The notes under the pieces were generated by a model that was not told the origin of the DNA, did no database searches, and worked only from the letters and a program-made list of their open reading frames with translations. DNA of 64,000 nucleotides, taken from a virus. The stretch lies in IMG/VR virus record IMGVR_UViG_3300009370_000009, positions 1 to 64,000 of that record; one strand, 5' to 3'. Position numbers and translations under genes: made by a program. The first letter of the stretch is position 1; the number at the start of each line of letters is the position of its first letter. This document shows, one piece after another, positions 37,269 to 47,509 of this stretch.

Positions 37269-38444
37269 ATGAAGGTATGTGAGGCAGCGGGGTGTGGAAT
37301 CAAGTTCATCCCCAATGTACATAATCAAAAATATGCAGATCCTAGATGTAGGAAAGATCTTGACGCCTGCGAGGGCGAGAAGATTTGCCGCTTTAGGCTC
37401 GAGTCAGGAGATTTCCCTGTGGAAACAGACCCACTTAGTGGTGATAAGTACGATAACGATTACGAACTTAGAGCCGCTTATAACAAGTTAGTAACAGAAT
37501 ATAATAAAGTTAAAGATAAGAAAGATGATCTTGCTGGTGCAATTTATGAAGCGGTGAAAGATGAAATTTCAACGCTGTCTTTGCCTGATGTTCCTGCTCC
37601 AAAGAAGGATAGGAGAACTAAGGGGGAAGAGGTTGCAGTAGCGGTCTTAGCGGATTGGCAACTCGCTAAGGTGACTCCAGATTACGATTCTTCCGTTTGT
37701 GAAGAAAGAATCCAGAAGTTTGCGGAAAAAGTCGTACATCTGACTAACATTCAAAGAGAGAATCATCCAGTTAAGAAGTTGCATGTTTGGGCACTGGGTG
37801 ACATTGTTGAAGGAGAGTTGATTTTTCCAGGGCAATCGTTTTTAATTGATGGTGGCTTGTATAGGCAAGTTACGGTTGATGGCCCGAGGATTATGGCAAC
37901 GTTCCTTAGGACAATGCTTGAAAATTTTGAGTCCGTTCATGTTTCTGGCGTTATTGGCAATCATGGTGCCATAGGCGGTAGGGCAAGGAAGGATCATGAT
38001 CCCGAAACAAATGCCGACCGAATGCTTTATAGGATTATAAGTCTAATGTTTGAATCTGAACCAAGGATTACATTTGACATTCCTGACGGGCACGGGGAGC
38101 GAAATTGGTATACGGTAGACAGAATCGGGAATTATAGTTGTCTACTGTGTCATGGCGACCAGTTCAGGTCTTTTGGTTCGTTTTATCCGTTCCAGAAGAA
38201 GATATATGGCTGGAAAGTTGGGGCTGTCCAAGAAGAATTTCAAGATGTTTTCTGTGGACACTGGCATACTCCTACAAAGATGACGTTTAATACTGTTCAA
38301 TGTAGGGTTGCTGGAAGCCCTGAGTCTACTAATACATATGCTATGGAATCACTGGCTGCTATTGGCAGACCATCTCAGCATTTACAGTTTGTGCATCCTG
38401 AAAATGGGATTGTCACGGCTGAATATACGTGCTGGCTAGATTAA
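37269..38444 (+). CDS. Calcineurin-like metallophosphoesterase/nuclease with an N-terminal Zn-finger-like segment
   Basis: ADWQ, LGDIVEG, GNHG, HGD and GHWH metal motifs. Confidence 0.8.
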   Translation: MKVCEAAGCGIKFIPNVHNQKYADPRCRKDLDACEGEKICRFRLESGDFPVETDPLSGDKYDNDYELRAAYNKLVTEYNKVKDKKDDLAGAIYEAVKDEISTLSLPDVPAPKKDRRTKGEEVAVAVLADWQLAKVTPDYDSSVCEERIQKFAEKVVHLTNIQRENHPVKKLHVWALGDIVEGELIFPGQSFLIDGGLYRQVTVDGPRIMATFLRTMLENFESVHVSGVIGNHGAIGGRARKDHDPETNADRMLYRIISLMFESEPRITFDIPDGHGERNWYTVDRIGNYSCLLCHGDQFRSFGSFYPFQKKIYGWKVGAVQEEFQDVFCGHWHTPTKMTFNTVQCRVAGSPESTNTYAMESLAAIGRPSQHLQFVHPENGIVTAEYTCWLD

Positions 38445-38454
38445 AGGAGAAAAA

Positions 38455-38664
38455 ATGTTAAATTCAACTTTTATTAAGGATGCTCTTGAGAGGGCTATCT
38501 GGACTGCAGCTCAGGCTTTTCTTGCTGTCTTTACTGTTGGCGATATGGCCAGCGCGAAGGCTGCGGGTGTCGCTGCTGTTGGTGCCGGAATATCTGTTCT
38601 GAAGAGTGTTGTTGCAACTCAGGTTGGCGAAAGCGGCACTGCTGCTACCTTACCAAAGGGTTAA
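38455..38664 (+). CDS. Holin (r1t-like actinophage type)
   Basis: KDALERAIWTAAQAFLA...SVLKS; two hydrophobic helices. Confidence 0.75.
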   Translation: MLNSTFIKDALERAIWTAAQAFLAVFTVGDMASAKAAGVAAVGAGISVLKSVVATQVGESGTAATLPKG

Positions 38665-38666
38665 AA

Positions 38667-38861
38667 ATGGAAAAGGCTAGTATTTTTTGCAAAAAGTGCA
38701 ATGGCAGGGTACTTGCTAGTGAGGTACCTGGGTATCCGTACATTGATCTAACTTGTTTAGGTTGTGGATGGTCAAGAGACGTTCCTAAAGATGTATGGGC
38801 TAATGCAACTAAGGCTAGCCTAAGACAAATAGTAGATAAGGCTGACAAACTTGAATTTTAA
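38667..38861 (+). CDS. Zn-ribbon protein
   Basis: CKKCNGRV...LTCLGCGW. Confidence 0.65.
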   Translation: MEKASIFCKKCNGRVLASEVPGYPYIDLTCLGCGWSRDVPKDVWANATKASLRQIVDKADKLEF

Positions 38862-39303
38862 AGTTTCGCCAAATAAGGTATATTCTTATGGGCCTGATTT
38901 GGTGAAAGTTTTGTCTATTCATAAAAAATTTAATAAAGTTAAAATAAAACAACTGGCTTCGGGAGATATCCTCGAGATACCATTAGATAATGCGTATCTA
39001 TTCTTGAAGCGAGTTTATACGATAGGGGAAGTGGCCAAGATTGTTCAGAGGAAACCTGATACAATCAGGAGGTATGAGCGTCTTGGCCACTTATCCCCAC
39101 CAGAGCGGGTTGGTGGGGGTTCCGGTTTAAAGAATTGGCGAGTGTATACGCAAGATGACGTTGCGGATGTGCTATCATTCTTTTCGGAGCGGAAGCCTCC
39201 GGGGCGCCCGCCTAAGAAAAATATAACCAGTAGAGAACTCAGGTCCAGAATAAGAGACTTGAGTGCAAAGAGCAAAAGAGCATTGGAGAATTTCAATGAG
39301 TGA
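38851..39303 (+). CDS. MerR-family HTH DNA-binding protein with an AT-hook-like motif
   Basis: YTIGEVAKIV...PDTIRRYERLG...WRVYT..DV, followed by KPPGRPPKK. Confidence 0.8.
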   Translation: MNFKVSPNKVYSYGPDLVKVLSIHKKFNKVKIKQLASGDILEIPLDNAYLFLKRVYTIGEVAKIVQRKPDTIRRYERLGHLSPPERVGGGSGLKNWRVYTQDDVADVLSFFSERKPPGRPPKKNITSRELRSRIRDLSAKSKRALENFNE

Positions 39304-39496
39304 TAATCATAAAGATGGTAAGATTTGGGTGTCATTGGGCATTACGAAGAATCTAGGGAATTATGAGTCCCTGAGATTGGATGCTGGCGCAGAGGTTAGG
39401 ACTGATGCCTTTGATAACAATACGTTATGGGCACAACTGTGGCAGAAGGTTGACGAGCAGATTGAGGAAAAGCTTTCCGAGTTAGATAAGGAATAG
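39296..39496 (+). CDS. Conserved small phage protein
   Basis: V.LG.TKNLGNYESLR.D motif, common in actinophage replication modules. Confidence 0.65.
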   Translation: MSDNHKDGKIWVSLGITKNLGNYESLRLDAGAEVRTDAFDNNTLWAQLWQKVDEQIEEKLSELDKE

Positions 39497-39498
39497 GC

Positions 39499-39786
39499 AT
39501 GCCGAATTTGGACGGGGCTTTATGTAGAGGAAATGCCCGTGAAAATTATTGGCTGAGTTACGTTGAGGCAGAGGTCGAGTGTGCCAAAAGCATTTGTATG
39601 GAATGCCCAGTTATATCGGAATGTGCTTTACTGATGATGATGCAGTATGCCGAAGGTGACATACCGGTAGGTGTTTTTGCCGGAACCAGTGAATTTGATA
39701 GGCTTGAATCCTTGTGGAAGGAGGTTGGAGATGGCAAAGAAAGTAACTGGTCAGGATTTGATAGCCTTATTCCAGAAGGAATGTGA
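39499..39786 (+). CDS. whiB: WhiB-family Fe-S transcription factor
   Basis: ALC...AKSICMECPVISEC...GVFAGTSE.DR: four Cys plus a variant of the G[VI]WGG turn. Confidence 0.8.
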   Translation: MPNLDGALCRGNARENYWLSYVEAEVECAKSICMECPVISECALLMMMQYAEGDIPVGVFAGTSEFDRLESLWKEVGDGKESNWSGFDSLIPEGM

Positions 39787-40042
39787 TAAACACGGTAAGT
39801 TGTTTGTACCGGACCCTCCAAGGCAAGAGCAAGTCGCAAAGAGTTTGGTTGATCATTTCAATTACAAAGATCTAGAGCCTGCTGTTGCTAAGTTTGTTGT
39901 GGATACTTATGGTGCGATTTTAGTTTTCGATTTCGCTTTGAAATCCAAAGATTTGATAGAAAGGTCTAAATTTGAAGAAGCGTCAAAAAAGAGATTTAAA
40001 GACATTGTTGAGCAAACTAGACTTAAGATGGAGTCAAATTGA
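39731..40042 (+). CDS. Hypothetical protein (possible helicase loader)
   Basis: ATG after GGAGGTTGGAG; directly upstream of and overlapping dnaB. Confidence 0.5.
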   Translation: MAKKVTGQDLIALFQKECDKHGKLFVPDPPRQEQVAKSLVDHFNYKDLEPAVAKFVVDTYGAILVFDFALKSKDLIERSKFEEASKKRFKDIVEQTRLKMESN

Positions 40043-41259
40043 ATTACGAAACTAAACTGTTGAACGCCATTGTCGCAGATGGCGACTTTGCGCTATGTGG
40101 TACGGAAAATGTTAAAAATGTGTTTGTTGAGCAGAAAGATGTTTGGTCTTTTATTGCCGACCACTACGACGTACACAAGAAGGTACCATCTACTGAAACT
40201 ATCAAGCATCATTTCCCCGACTTTGAAGTATTCCATGTCACAGAACCCTTGCAATATTATATAGATATTGCTCATAGGGAGTCTCTGTCTCAGCAAGTAA
40301 GAACTGCGTTGTCAAGAAGTAATGATCTTGTAGATGAATCTGGTCCCAAAGAGGCAATTGGATACCTCATGTCTAGGGCTAGTGAACTTACCAAAGTTAG
40401 TTCTTCCTTGAAGGATTCAAACTTAGTTGAGGAATGGGAGGATCGTTTTGAGGATCTCCTAACACGATCAAAGGAGAAGAACAGGGATATTGTCGGAGTG
40501 CCTAGCGGAATCTCTATCATGGATAAGATTTTCGGCGGCTGGCAGGATGGCGATTTTGTTGTTTTACTGGGATGGACTGGCGTAGGCAAGTCATTCGTTG
40601 CTCGTTTGTTTGCTGTGAATGCTTGGCGTGCTGGTTATACTCCTTTGGTTATCTCATTAGAGATGAATAAGCAGCAGGAAGCTCAGCGTATCGACACACT
40701 GTTGAATAATGGTGAGGGGCATTTCACGAATACCGATTTGGTTAGTGCAAACCCAGGTATCGTTGATAAGTATAAGTCTTGGGCCAAGGAGACTTATGAA
40801 GGAAAGCACCCTATTCACGTTGTGACTACTGAGGGCATGGACACTGCGGATCAGCACATGGTTCAGGCTAAGATTGATCAGTATAAGCCGGATTTGGTTA
40901 TCCTTGACTATCATGGATTATTCGATGATGCTAGCGGTGCTAGGAATGAGACTGAGAAAGCGAAGAATCTTTCTAAGGCATTCAAAAGGATGGCTGTGAA
41001 GAATTCTGTTCCGATCATCGACGTTGCTGCAGTAACCATGTCTGATGGCCACTCTGAGCGTCCACCAGAGTTGGAAGAAGTTGCGTGGTCTAAGCAGTTG
41101 GCTTACGATGCCGACTTGGTGTTGGCTATACATAGGGATTTCAATTCCGATGTGTTTCAGGTGGTAAGCAGGAAGGTGAGAAGGGCAACTCATTTTGGTT
41201 TCTATCTTCGTTGGAATTTGGACACGGGTGATTGGAAGGAAGAGTGGGATCTGGCATGA
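40039..41259 (+). CDS. dnaB: DnaB-like replicative helicase
   Basis: GWTGVGKS Walker A, SLEM, ILDY, and AWSKQLAYDADLV. Confidence 0.92.
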   Translation: MNYETKLLNAIVADGDFALCGTENVKNVFVEQKDVWSFIADHYDVHKKVPSTETIKHHFPDFEVFHVTEPLQYYIDIAHRESLSQQVRTALSRSNDLVDESGPKEAIGYLMSRASELTKVSSSLKDSNLVEEWEDRFEDLLTRSKEKNRDIVGVPSGISIMDKIFGGWQDGDFVVLLGWTGVGKSFVARLFAVNAWRAGYTPLVISLEMNKQQEAQRIDTLLNNGEGHFTNTDLVSANPGIVDKYKSWAKETYEGKHPIHVVTTEGMDTADQHMVQAKIDQYKPDLVILDYHGLFDDASGARNETEKAKNLSKAFKRMAVKNSVPIIDVAAVTMSDGHSERPPELEEVAWSKQLAYDADLVLAIHRDFNSDVFQVVSRKVRRATHFGFYLRWNLDTGDWKEEWDLA

Positions 41260-41483
41260 GTGACTATCATCAGATTAGCGAATTTTTAGAGTTTGAGGGT
41301 GACAATCCTGCTGTTACTGGGATTGTGGAGAATCCGGGGGCGCTGAATAGGATTAAGCCTTGGATTGGTGATATGATCAGCAATGAGATATATGATGGAC
41401 GAGAAGTCAAGTCTAGGCTTTTACTCGAGTATATGCATGGGGAGGATTTGTACTACTTTAAGTTGGTGTTTCAAGAATGCTAG
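41256..41483 (+). CDS. Hypothetical protein
   Basis: ATGA-coupled 75-aa ORF between helicase and primase. Confidence 0.55.
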   Translation: MSDYHQISEFLEFEGDNPAVTGIVENPGALNRIKPWIGDMISNEIYDGREVKSRLLLEYMHGEDLYYFKLVFQEC

Positions 41484-42361
41484 AGGATATCAAGAAACTT
41501 CTTGACAGGGCCAATGTTAATATACAATCACAGGGGATAGAAGAGGTAGCAATCTACTGTCCATTCCATAGAAATACTGACAGCGCTTCGTGCTATATAA
41601 ATACAAAGAGTGGACTGTGGCAGTGCTTTAATCCGTCATGTGGCGCAAAGGGGAATTATAGGCAGCTACACAGAAGATTGCTTAATGAAGATGTCACAGA
41701 GAACACTGTTGTAAATCCTGAGTTGTTGAAAATTAAGTTAAATAGGAAAGTAGACATTAGTGAAGATATAGAAATGTCTATTGATGGCTTAACTTTGGAT
41801 TACGAACTTGATGGTCATAAGTTGTCCTCTTTGACAGACCGAGGGTTTGACATGGATACGTTGAAATACTTTGAGGTCTGCTTCTCAGATAAGAAGCAGA
41901 GGGTAGTCATCCCGGTCAGAGATGAGAGTTATAAGTTGGTTGGGATGATAGGAAGGGCAACTGATAGTAATCAAGAGCCAAGGTATTTGTATACTAATGG
42001 GTTTAAGCGTGCAAAGGTATTGTTCAATCTGTGCAATGCTAAACAGTATGACTCTGTGATTATTACTGAAGGAAGCCTAGATGCTATAAAGATACACCAG
42101 GCTGGGTTCCCAAATGTGATAGCAACGCTAGGTTCTAAGATTTCAGAACATCAGTACACTCTGATCAGAAAGTATTTTGATGAAATTATCGCATTTCCCG
42201 ATGCAGATGAGGCCGGTCGGGTCATGGGACATGATATAATGGTGTCATGCCGTGGACGGCGTGTGCGATGGGCAGAATGCTCAGATGGGCGCGCCGACCC
42301 CGGTGACATGACAGCTTCTGAGATTTCAGAGGCTGTCGATAACAGTAAAATTAAACTATAA
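41477..42361 (+). CDS. dnaG: DNA primase (CHC2 Zn finger plus TOPRIM)
   Basis: CPFH...CF..SC; ITEGSLDAI; FPDADEAG; DPGD. Confidence 0.92.
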   Translation: MLEDIKKLLDRANVNIQSQGIEEVAIYCPFHRNTDSASCYINTKSGLWQCFNPSCGAKGNYRQLHRRLLNEDVTENTVVNPELLKIKLNRKVDISEDIEMSIDGLTLDYELDGHKLSSLTDRGFDMDTLKYFEVCFSDKKQRVVIPVRDESYKLVGMIGRATDSNQEPRYLYTNGFKRAKVLFNLCNAKQYDSVIITEGSLDAIKIHQAGFPNVIATLGSKISEHQYTLIRKYFDEIIAFPDADEAGRVMGHDIMVSCRGRRVRWAECSDGRADPGDMTASEISEAVDNSKIKL

Positions 42362-42379
42362 AATAACTAAGGAGAAAAA

Positions 42380-43027
42380 GTGAAAACGTTTACATCGTTA
42401 CAAGAAATGGAAAAGCAAATTGGTGCAACCTCAACTGGGGGTGGCACTAAAAAGTATTTTAGCCTAAAGGATGGGGATTCTTTTAAGATTAGGTTCCGTC
42501 AGGAACTGACAGAAGATTCCGCCAATTTTGATTCTGAGGCTGGCACGGCAATGACTACTAACGTGGTTACTTCGGTGATCAATTGGAAGTGGAAGGTTGC
42601 TTCTACCGCTCAGAGTGAGCAGCATGGGTACCGTTGCTGGGGCACTGAGCAGGCTATGAACAATGGCAGATGGAAGCCGCGACCGCATTTATTGGTCAAT
42701 GTCGCAGTTGAGGTTGAGCCGGGGGTATGGGAGCCTAGAGTTGTCGATACTACGTTCAATCAGCGACATATTGGTTTAACGCTAATTGAGTATGCTAAAG
42801 AGTTTGGTACGATCACGGATCGTTATTACAAGTATTCCCGTACTGGATCTGGTGCGTCGGATACTAACTATACTCTTATCCCGTTGGAGATTGCTGCTGA
42901 GCCTGAGGCTGTTACCGCCTTGCAGTTGCATGATCTGAATGGCATGTACATGTCTCTGCCATATAGTGAGCAGGAGACTTATCTTACGACTGGCGAGCGT
43001 GCAAGCGCTCCAGCCAGCGACTGGTAG
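42380..43027 (+). CDS. Single-stranded DNA-binding protein (gp32-like)
   Basis: YFSLKDGDS.KIRF...YKYSRTGSG..DTNYTLIP; ends in DW; strong RBS and an internal promoter (TGATATAAT at 42232). Confidence 0.7.
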   Translation: MKTFTSLQEMEKQIGATSTGGGTKKYFSLKDGDSFKIRFRQELTEDSANFDSEAGTAMTTNVVTSVINWKWKVASTAQSEQHGYRCWGTEQAMNNGRWKPRPHLLVNVAVEVEPGVWEPRVVDTTFNQRHIGLTLIEYAKEFGTITDRYYKYSRTGSGASDTNYTLIPLEIAAEPEAVTALQLHDLNGMYMSLPYSEQETYLTTGERASAPASDW

Positions 43028-43040
43028 AAAGTGGGTCGTT

Positions 43041-43073
43041 GAGGGGGGAGGGGCAAACTGTCCCTCTCCCCTC
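43041..43073 (+). terminator. GC-rich hairpin after the SSB gene (terminator/attenuator without a U tract)
   Basis: GAGGGGGGAGGGGCA-AAC-TGTCCCTCTCCCCTC, a 15-bp stem with G-U pairs. Confidence 0.6.
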
Positions 43074-43083
43074 GACTTACGAT

Positions 43084-43608
43084 ATGATATTTGGACTAGA
43101 CATAGATGGCGTTGTGTGCGATTTCCTTGCAGGTGCGAGGGCGTTGGCAGATAGGTTAGATCTGGATGTTAGTGATAGGGAGTTGGTTCTGGAGTATGAG
43201 GGGATGCCGGATAGTTATGAGTCTGTGTTGGATGGGGAGCCGTTCTGGTTGAACATGAAGCCTATTAAAACTTCTTGGCATGTGGTGAATGATCTGTTTG
43301 GCAAGGGTAACGATGTTCATTTTGTGACTTCTAGGGCGAAGGAGTCTGCTATAATGGTTACTGAAAGGTGGCTGGATGAGTGGGGCTTCATGTATTCAGG
43401 GGTTCATTTTTCATCGAATGGGCATAAGGTCGAGTTGTATAAAGAACTAGGCATGGATGTTTTCGTAGATGATAATCCAGGGATTGTTGGCGAAATAAAT
43501 ACAGTGGGAATGGGGATATTGATGTCTCAAGATTACAATATTACTGATGAAGCGTCTATAAGGATTGACGATTTGTCTGATTTATACGAGTTTGCGTGGT
43601 CAAAATGA
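43084..43608 (+). CDS. HAD-family 5'(3')-deoxyribonucleotidase
   Basis: LDIDGVVCDF, FVTSR, K, and FVDDNP motifs. Confidence 0.8.
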   Translation: MIFGLDIDGVVCDFLAGARALADRLDLDVSDRELVLEYEGMPDSYESVLDGEPFWLNMKPIKTSWHVVNDLFGKGNDVHFVTSRAKESAIMVTERWLDEWGFMYSGVHFSSNGHKVELYKELGMDVFVDDNPGIVGEINTVGMGILMSQDYNITDEASIRIDDLSDLYEFAWSK

Positions 43609-44102
43609 AGCAACTAAAGCATGATCCGAATAATAGGCCAGACTGGGATTCGTATTTTTTTAATATAGCGCAGGTTGTTTCGCAAAGGTCTACTTGTCCA
43701 TCAAGAGCTGTTGGTGCTGTCATTGTTGACTCTGAAACGATGGGCATCATATCTACTGGATATAATGGCTCTCCGAAGGGGACTGAACATTGCGCTATCT
43801 CTTGTTTAACAAGGGAGCCTGGTAGTGATTTCCGCAAGTGTAGAGCGGTACATGCTGAACTTAATGCAATATTGCATGCTGCACATAACGGTGCAAAGAC
43901 TAAGAACGCCACAATGTATCTTACTACTACTCCGTGTGTGTTCTGTGCTAGGACTATCATAAATGCTGGTATCAAAGAAGTTAGGGCTATGACTAAGTAT
44001 CATCATGAAGACGCCATTGACCTCCTTAGTCAAGGTGGAGTGGCCACGGCAGTCATCTCCCCAGTTGAGTTGCGTCACTTGTTGAAGATGTGGCAAAATT
44101 AA
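43605..44102 (+). CDS. dCMP deaminase
   Basis: RP.WD.YF...A..VS.RSTC..R.VGAVIV...TGYNG...VHAELNAI...PCVFC. Confidence 0.92.
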   Translation: MKQLKHDPNNRPDWDSYFFNIAQVVSQRSTCPSRAVGAVIVDSETMGIISTGYNGSPKGTEHCAISCLTREPGSDFRKCRAVHAELNAILHAAHNGAKTKNATMYLTTTPCVFCARTIINAGIKEVRAMTKYHHEDAIDLLSQGGVATAVISPVELRHLLKMWQN

Positions 44103-47100
44103 TGGATGACTTTGTACACTTACATTGTCATTCCGAATACAGTCTTTTGGACGGAATGTCAACGCCTAATGATATTGCACGCATAACTTCAAAGCATGGT
44201 CAGGTTGCTGCAGCCATTACCGATCATGGAACTATGGGTGGGGTGCTTAAGTTTCAGAAGGCTTGCAAGGATCATGATGTCAAACCTATCTTCGGGATAG
44301 AGGCGTACTTCGTTCCAGACGTTAATAATGACGATATGGACGCCAAGTCGGAGAGGTTCCATTTGATATTGCTTGCTAAGAACAATGAGGGATTGACAAA
44401 GTTATTTAAATCAACTAAAACTGCGTGGTCTGATAATTTTTATTACAAGCCGAGAATAGATTTCAAATTATTGGAATCATTGGTTGACAATGATGTGGTA
44501 GCGTTATCTGGGTGCAGAGGTAGTGCTATTGCGAAGGCTTTGGAGAATGGGGATGAAAGTCGTGCTGCGAAACTGTCTGAAAAGTTTATCAGTATATTCG
44601 GAGACGACTTCTATTTTGAGATCCAACCTTGGAATCCTAAAGAGATCAACGATGGCATTGTTGATCTAGCGCAGGCGTATGGGAAGAAGGTCGTTGGGAC
44701 GGCGGATTGCCATTACCCAACTAAGCATGATGCTGGGTGCGAAGAGGTTCTTCTGACTGCAGCCCAGTACCCCGGTTTTAACGCTGAAGTGCTGAGGCAC
44801 GCAACTGATCATAGTTGTGCGACTATTACGTCAATGTCGGTGACGGATAAATTAAATACGATGTATCCGAATAGGTTCTTGCGGTTCGATGACATTAGTC
44901 CGTACATTGCAGATGCAGAAGAGATATCTAGTTGGTTTGAGGCAGCAGGCTATGGGGATAGCGCTATACTCTCTAACACAATTGAAGTAGCGGAGAAGTG
45001 TTCGGCTGAGGTTCAGACGAGACAGTCGTTGCTGCCAAAGTATATTAAAAGTCTCAATTCTAACGAGTATTTGCAGGATATAGCGGTGCATGCTTTGGAA
45101 GAAAAGGGATTGGGCGAAGACGACAGGTATTTCAACAGATTAATGGAAGAGTTGGATATTGTCGCAAAGTTGGATTTCTCTGACTATTTCTTGATTATTT
45201 GGGATCTGGTTAAGTGGGCAGATCAAAGCGGTATAGGTCGTGGCCCTGGTCGTGGGTCTGTTGGTGGCTCCTTGTTGGCTTACGTACTGGATATCACTAT
45301 TGTAGATCCTATAAAGTATGACCTCTTGTTCGCTAGATTTATCAACCCTGAAAGGAACGACTATCCAGATATTGACTTGGATTTTGAGGATAAGAGGCGT
45401 AAAGAGGTTAAAGACTATCTAGTTGAAAAATGGGGCTACGAGAATGTTGCTGCTATTTCGACTTATGGGGAATTCAAGGCTAAGTCTGTTATCAAAGATG
45501 TGTCGAGGGTATTCGCTCTACCCTATGCAGATGTAAATGGTATTACGCCTTTGTTTGAGACTCTTGATGAACTTAAAAGCAATGATAAGGGTAAGTTGTT
45601 TTGTCAAAAGTATCCTGATATTATAAGTACCGCTGAGAAGTTGGAGGGGAGAATACGTAATACTGGTATTCATGCTGCTGGAATGGTGGTGTCGTCTGTC
45701 CCTCTCAGCGAGGTCTGCCCAATGGAGACTCGCAAAGAGGTTGGGGGCAGCGAGAGGTCACTGGTGTCTGCTTTTGAGATGAACGATGCTGAGGCTGTTG
45801 GGCTAATTAAGATTGACATCCTTGGGCTTAAGACGGTTGCTGTAATATCTGATTGTCTAAAGAAGATCAAAGAGTTGCATGGGGTTGATGCCGCAGAGGA
45901 TTCTTTGAGGCTGGACGATCCTGAAGTATATAAAGCTATTGATTCTGGCAGTACGGCAGGGGTGTTTCAGGCTGAGGCTGGGGCGTACACTAATCTTATT
46001 GATCGAATGGGCATATCGGATTTTAATGATCTAGTCGTTAGTAATGCTTTGGTTAGGCCGGGGGCGCTGCTGTCTCAGGGGAAAGATTATATTGCGTGTA
46101 AGAAGGGCGAACGGAAGCCTAAGTATATTCATGAATCAGTTGAGTCGATTCTTAGCGATACGTATGGGACAGTGGTGTTTCAGGAGCAGTTGATGGCGGT
46201 TGCTGTTGAGATTGCAAACTTTTCATGGTCAGAAGCAGATACATTGCGTAAGATTATCGGAAAGAAGCGTGATATTCGGGAATTTGATAAGTTCAAGGAT
46301 AAGTTCTTGAATAATGACAAGTTAAGTTTAGATGTATCCAAGAAGGTATGGAATGACTTTGAGTTATCTTCTTTATATATGTTTAACAAATCTCATGCTG
46401 TTGCGTATTCTATGCTTACGTATCAAACAATGTGGTTGAAGCACCATTATCCTTTGGAGTACATGTGGAGCATGTTGTCTAATGAGAATAACAAGGAGAA
46501 GATAACTGCTTATATTCTGGAGGCTAAGAGGATGGGGATAGAAGTTCTGCCTCCAGATGTTAACACTTCGGATGATTATTTTACTATTGATACTGCTGAT
46601 CACATTGAGGGTTATGGTATTAGATTTGGATTGTCAAATGTTGCTTCTTGCGGGAAGAAGGCGATAGAAGAAATAAAGAGTAAAAGGCCATTCTCTTCAT
46701 ATGAAGAGTTTACCGGTAAATGCCGCAAGAGTGCTGTGAATAAGACTATCACGGAGAACCTAGACAAGGTTGGGGCGTTCGCTTCATTACGGCATGTATC
46801 TGAGTATGAGCATGAGAAGTATTATCTCCCGATACTTGGGTTGCCTGTAAAACAAAACTTCAACGATGATTTCACTGACTATGTTGAGAACTGCGCAGAC
46901 TTTGACGTTAAAGAGCCTGAGCTGCATATTGTAAGAGGTGTCGTTCGTGCTGCAAAGAAGTGGCCTGGCAATATGCGAGTCGAGTTGGAAGACGAAACTG
47001 GATCTCTGACATTGTTTGCTGATAGGGATTGTGAAATATCCACTAGGGATTATATTTATGCATTAGTTGGGGACAAGGGTGTCCATATGCATTGCGATGC

Positions 47101-47509
47101 TTTTGAATATGAGGACACGGATATGCATAAATTTGTTAAATTGATGCATAAAGGTAAGCAACATCACTATAGCGCTTTGTACGGTCATGGGCTTGGACTG
47201 TTTGGCGAAGAGAAGTCGTTGATGTATTGCTTTGACTACCGAGTGTTCCAGACTTCTAAGGGGACGAAGATGGCCAATATGTATTGTTGGGATGGCGAGT
47301 CGATGTCTAAGATTGTCATATTCCCCAAATTGTATGGTGTTTTTGCTACAATGTTAAGTAGCAACCAGTGGTACGCAGCCAAATTGGAGGCTATTACTGA
47401 TAGGAGAACTAGGATTGCAAAGCTTGATGGGTACAAGTTGAGTACCCCGAACTCGATGATTAAGATCGAAGACTATATCGAAAGGAAGAATTTGAATGTT
47501 AGTAATTGA
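44102..47509 (+). CDS. dnaE: DNA polymerase III alpha subunit (family C)
   Basis: HLHCHSEYSLLDG PHP domain, GRGSVGGSL, PDIDLDF, HAAG, KIDILGL, FNKSHAVAY. Confidence 0.96.
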   Translation: MDDFVHLHCHSEYSLLDGMSTPNDIARITSKHGQVAAAITDHGTMGGVLKFQKACKDHDVKPIFGIEAYFVPDVNNDDMDAKSERFHLILLAKNNEGLTKLFKSTKTAWSDNFYYKPRIDFKLLESLVDNDVVALSGCRGSAIAKALENGDESRAAKLSEKFISIFGDDFYFEIQPWNPKEINDGIVDLAQAYGKKVVGTADCHYPTKHDAGCEEVLLTAAQYPGFNAEVLRHATDHSCATITSMSVTDKLNTMYPNRFLRFDDISPYIADAEEISSWFEAAGYGDSAILSNTIEVAEKCSAEVQTRQSLLPKYIKSLNSNEYLQDIAVHALEEKGLGEDDRYFNRLMEELDIVAKLDFSDYFLIIWDLVKWADQSGIGRGPGRGSVGGSLLAYVLDITIVDPIKYDLLFARFINPERNDYPDIDLDFEDKRRKEVKDYLVEKWGYENVAAISTYGEFKAKSVIKDVSRVFALPYADVNGITPLFETLDELKSNDKGKLFCQKYPDIISTAEKLEGRIRNTGIHAAGMVVSSVPLSEVCPMETRKEVGGSERSLVSAFEMNDAEAVGLIKIDILGLKTVAVISDCLKKIKELHGVDAAEDSLRLDDPEVYKAIDSGSTAGVFQAEAGAYTNLIDRMGISDFNDLVVSNALVRPGALLSQGKDYIACKKGERKPKYIHESVESILSDTYGTVVFQEQLMAVAVEIANFSWSEADTLRKIIGKKRDIREFDKFKDKFLNNDKLSLDVSKKVWNDFELSSLYMFNKSHAVAYSMLTYQTMWLKHHYPLEYMWSMLSNENNKEKITAYILEAKRMGIEVLPPDVNTSDDYFTIDTADHIEGYGIRFGLSNVASCGKKAIEEIKSKRPFSSYEEFTGKCRKSAVNKTITENLDKVGAFASLRHVSEYEHEKYYLPILGLPVKQNFNDDFTDYVENCADFDVKEPELHIVRGVVRAAKKWPGNMRVELEDETGSLTLFADRDCEISTRDYIYALVGDKGVHMHCDAFEYEDTDMHKFVKLMHKGKQHHYSALYGHGLGLFGEEKSLMYCFDYRVFQTSKGTKMANMYCWDGESMSKIVIFPKLYGVFATMLSSNQWYAAKLEAITDRRTRIAKLDGYKLSTPNSMIKIEDYIERKNLNVSN

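Noticed and set aside
44102-47509. Intein or intron in DnaE (also checked DnaB, RecA, TerL)
   Set aside because: Lengths are normal, with no C/S...HN splice motifs or LAGLIDADG inserts visible.
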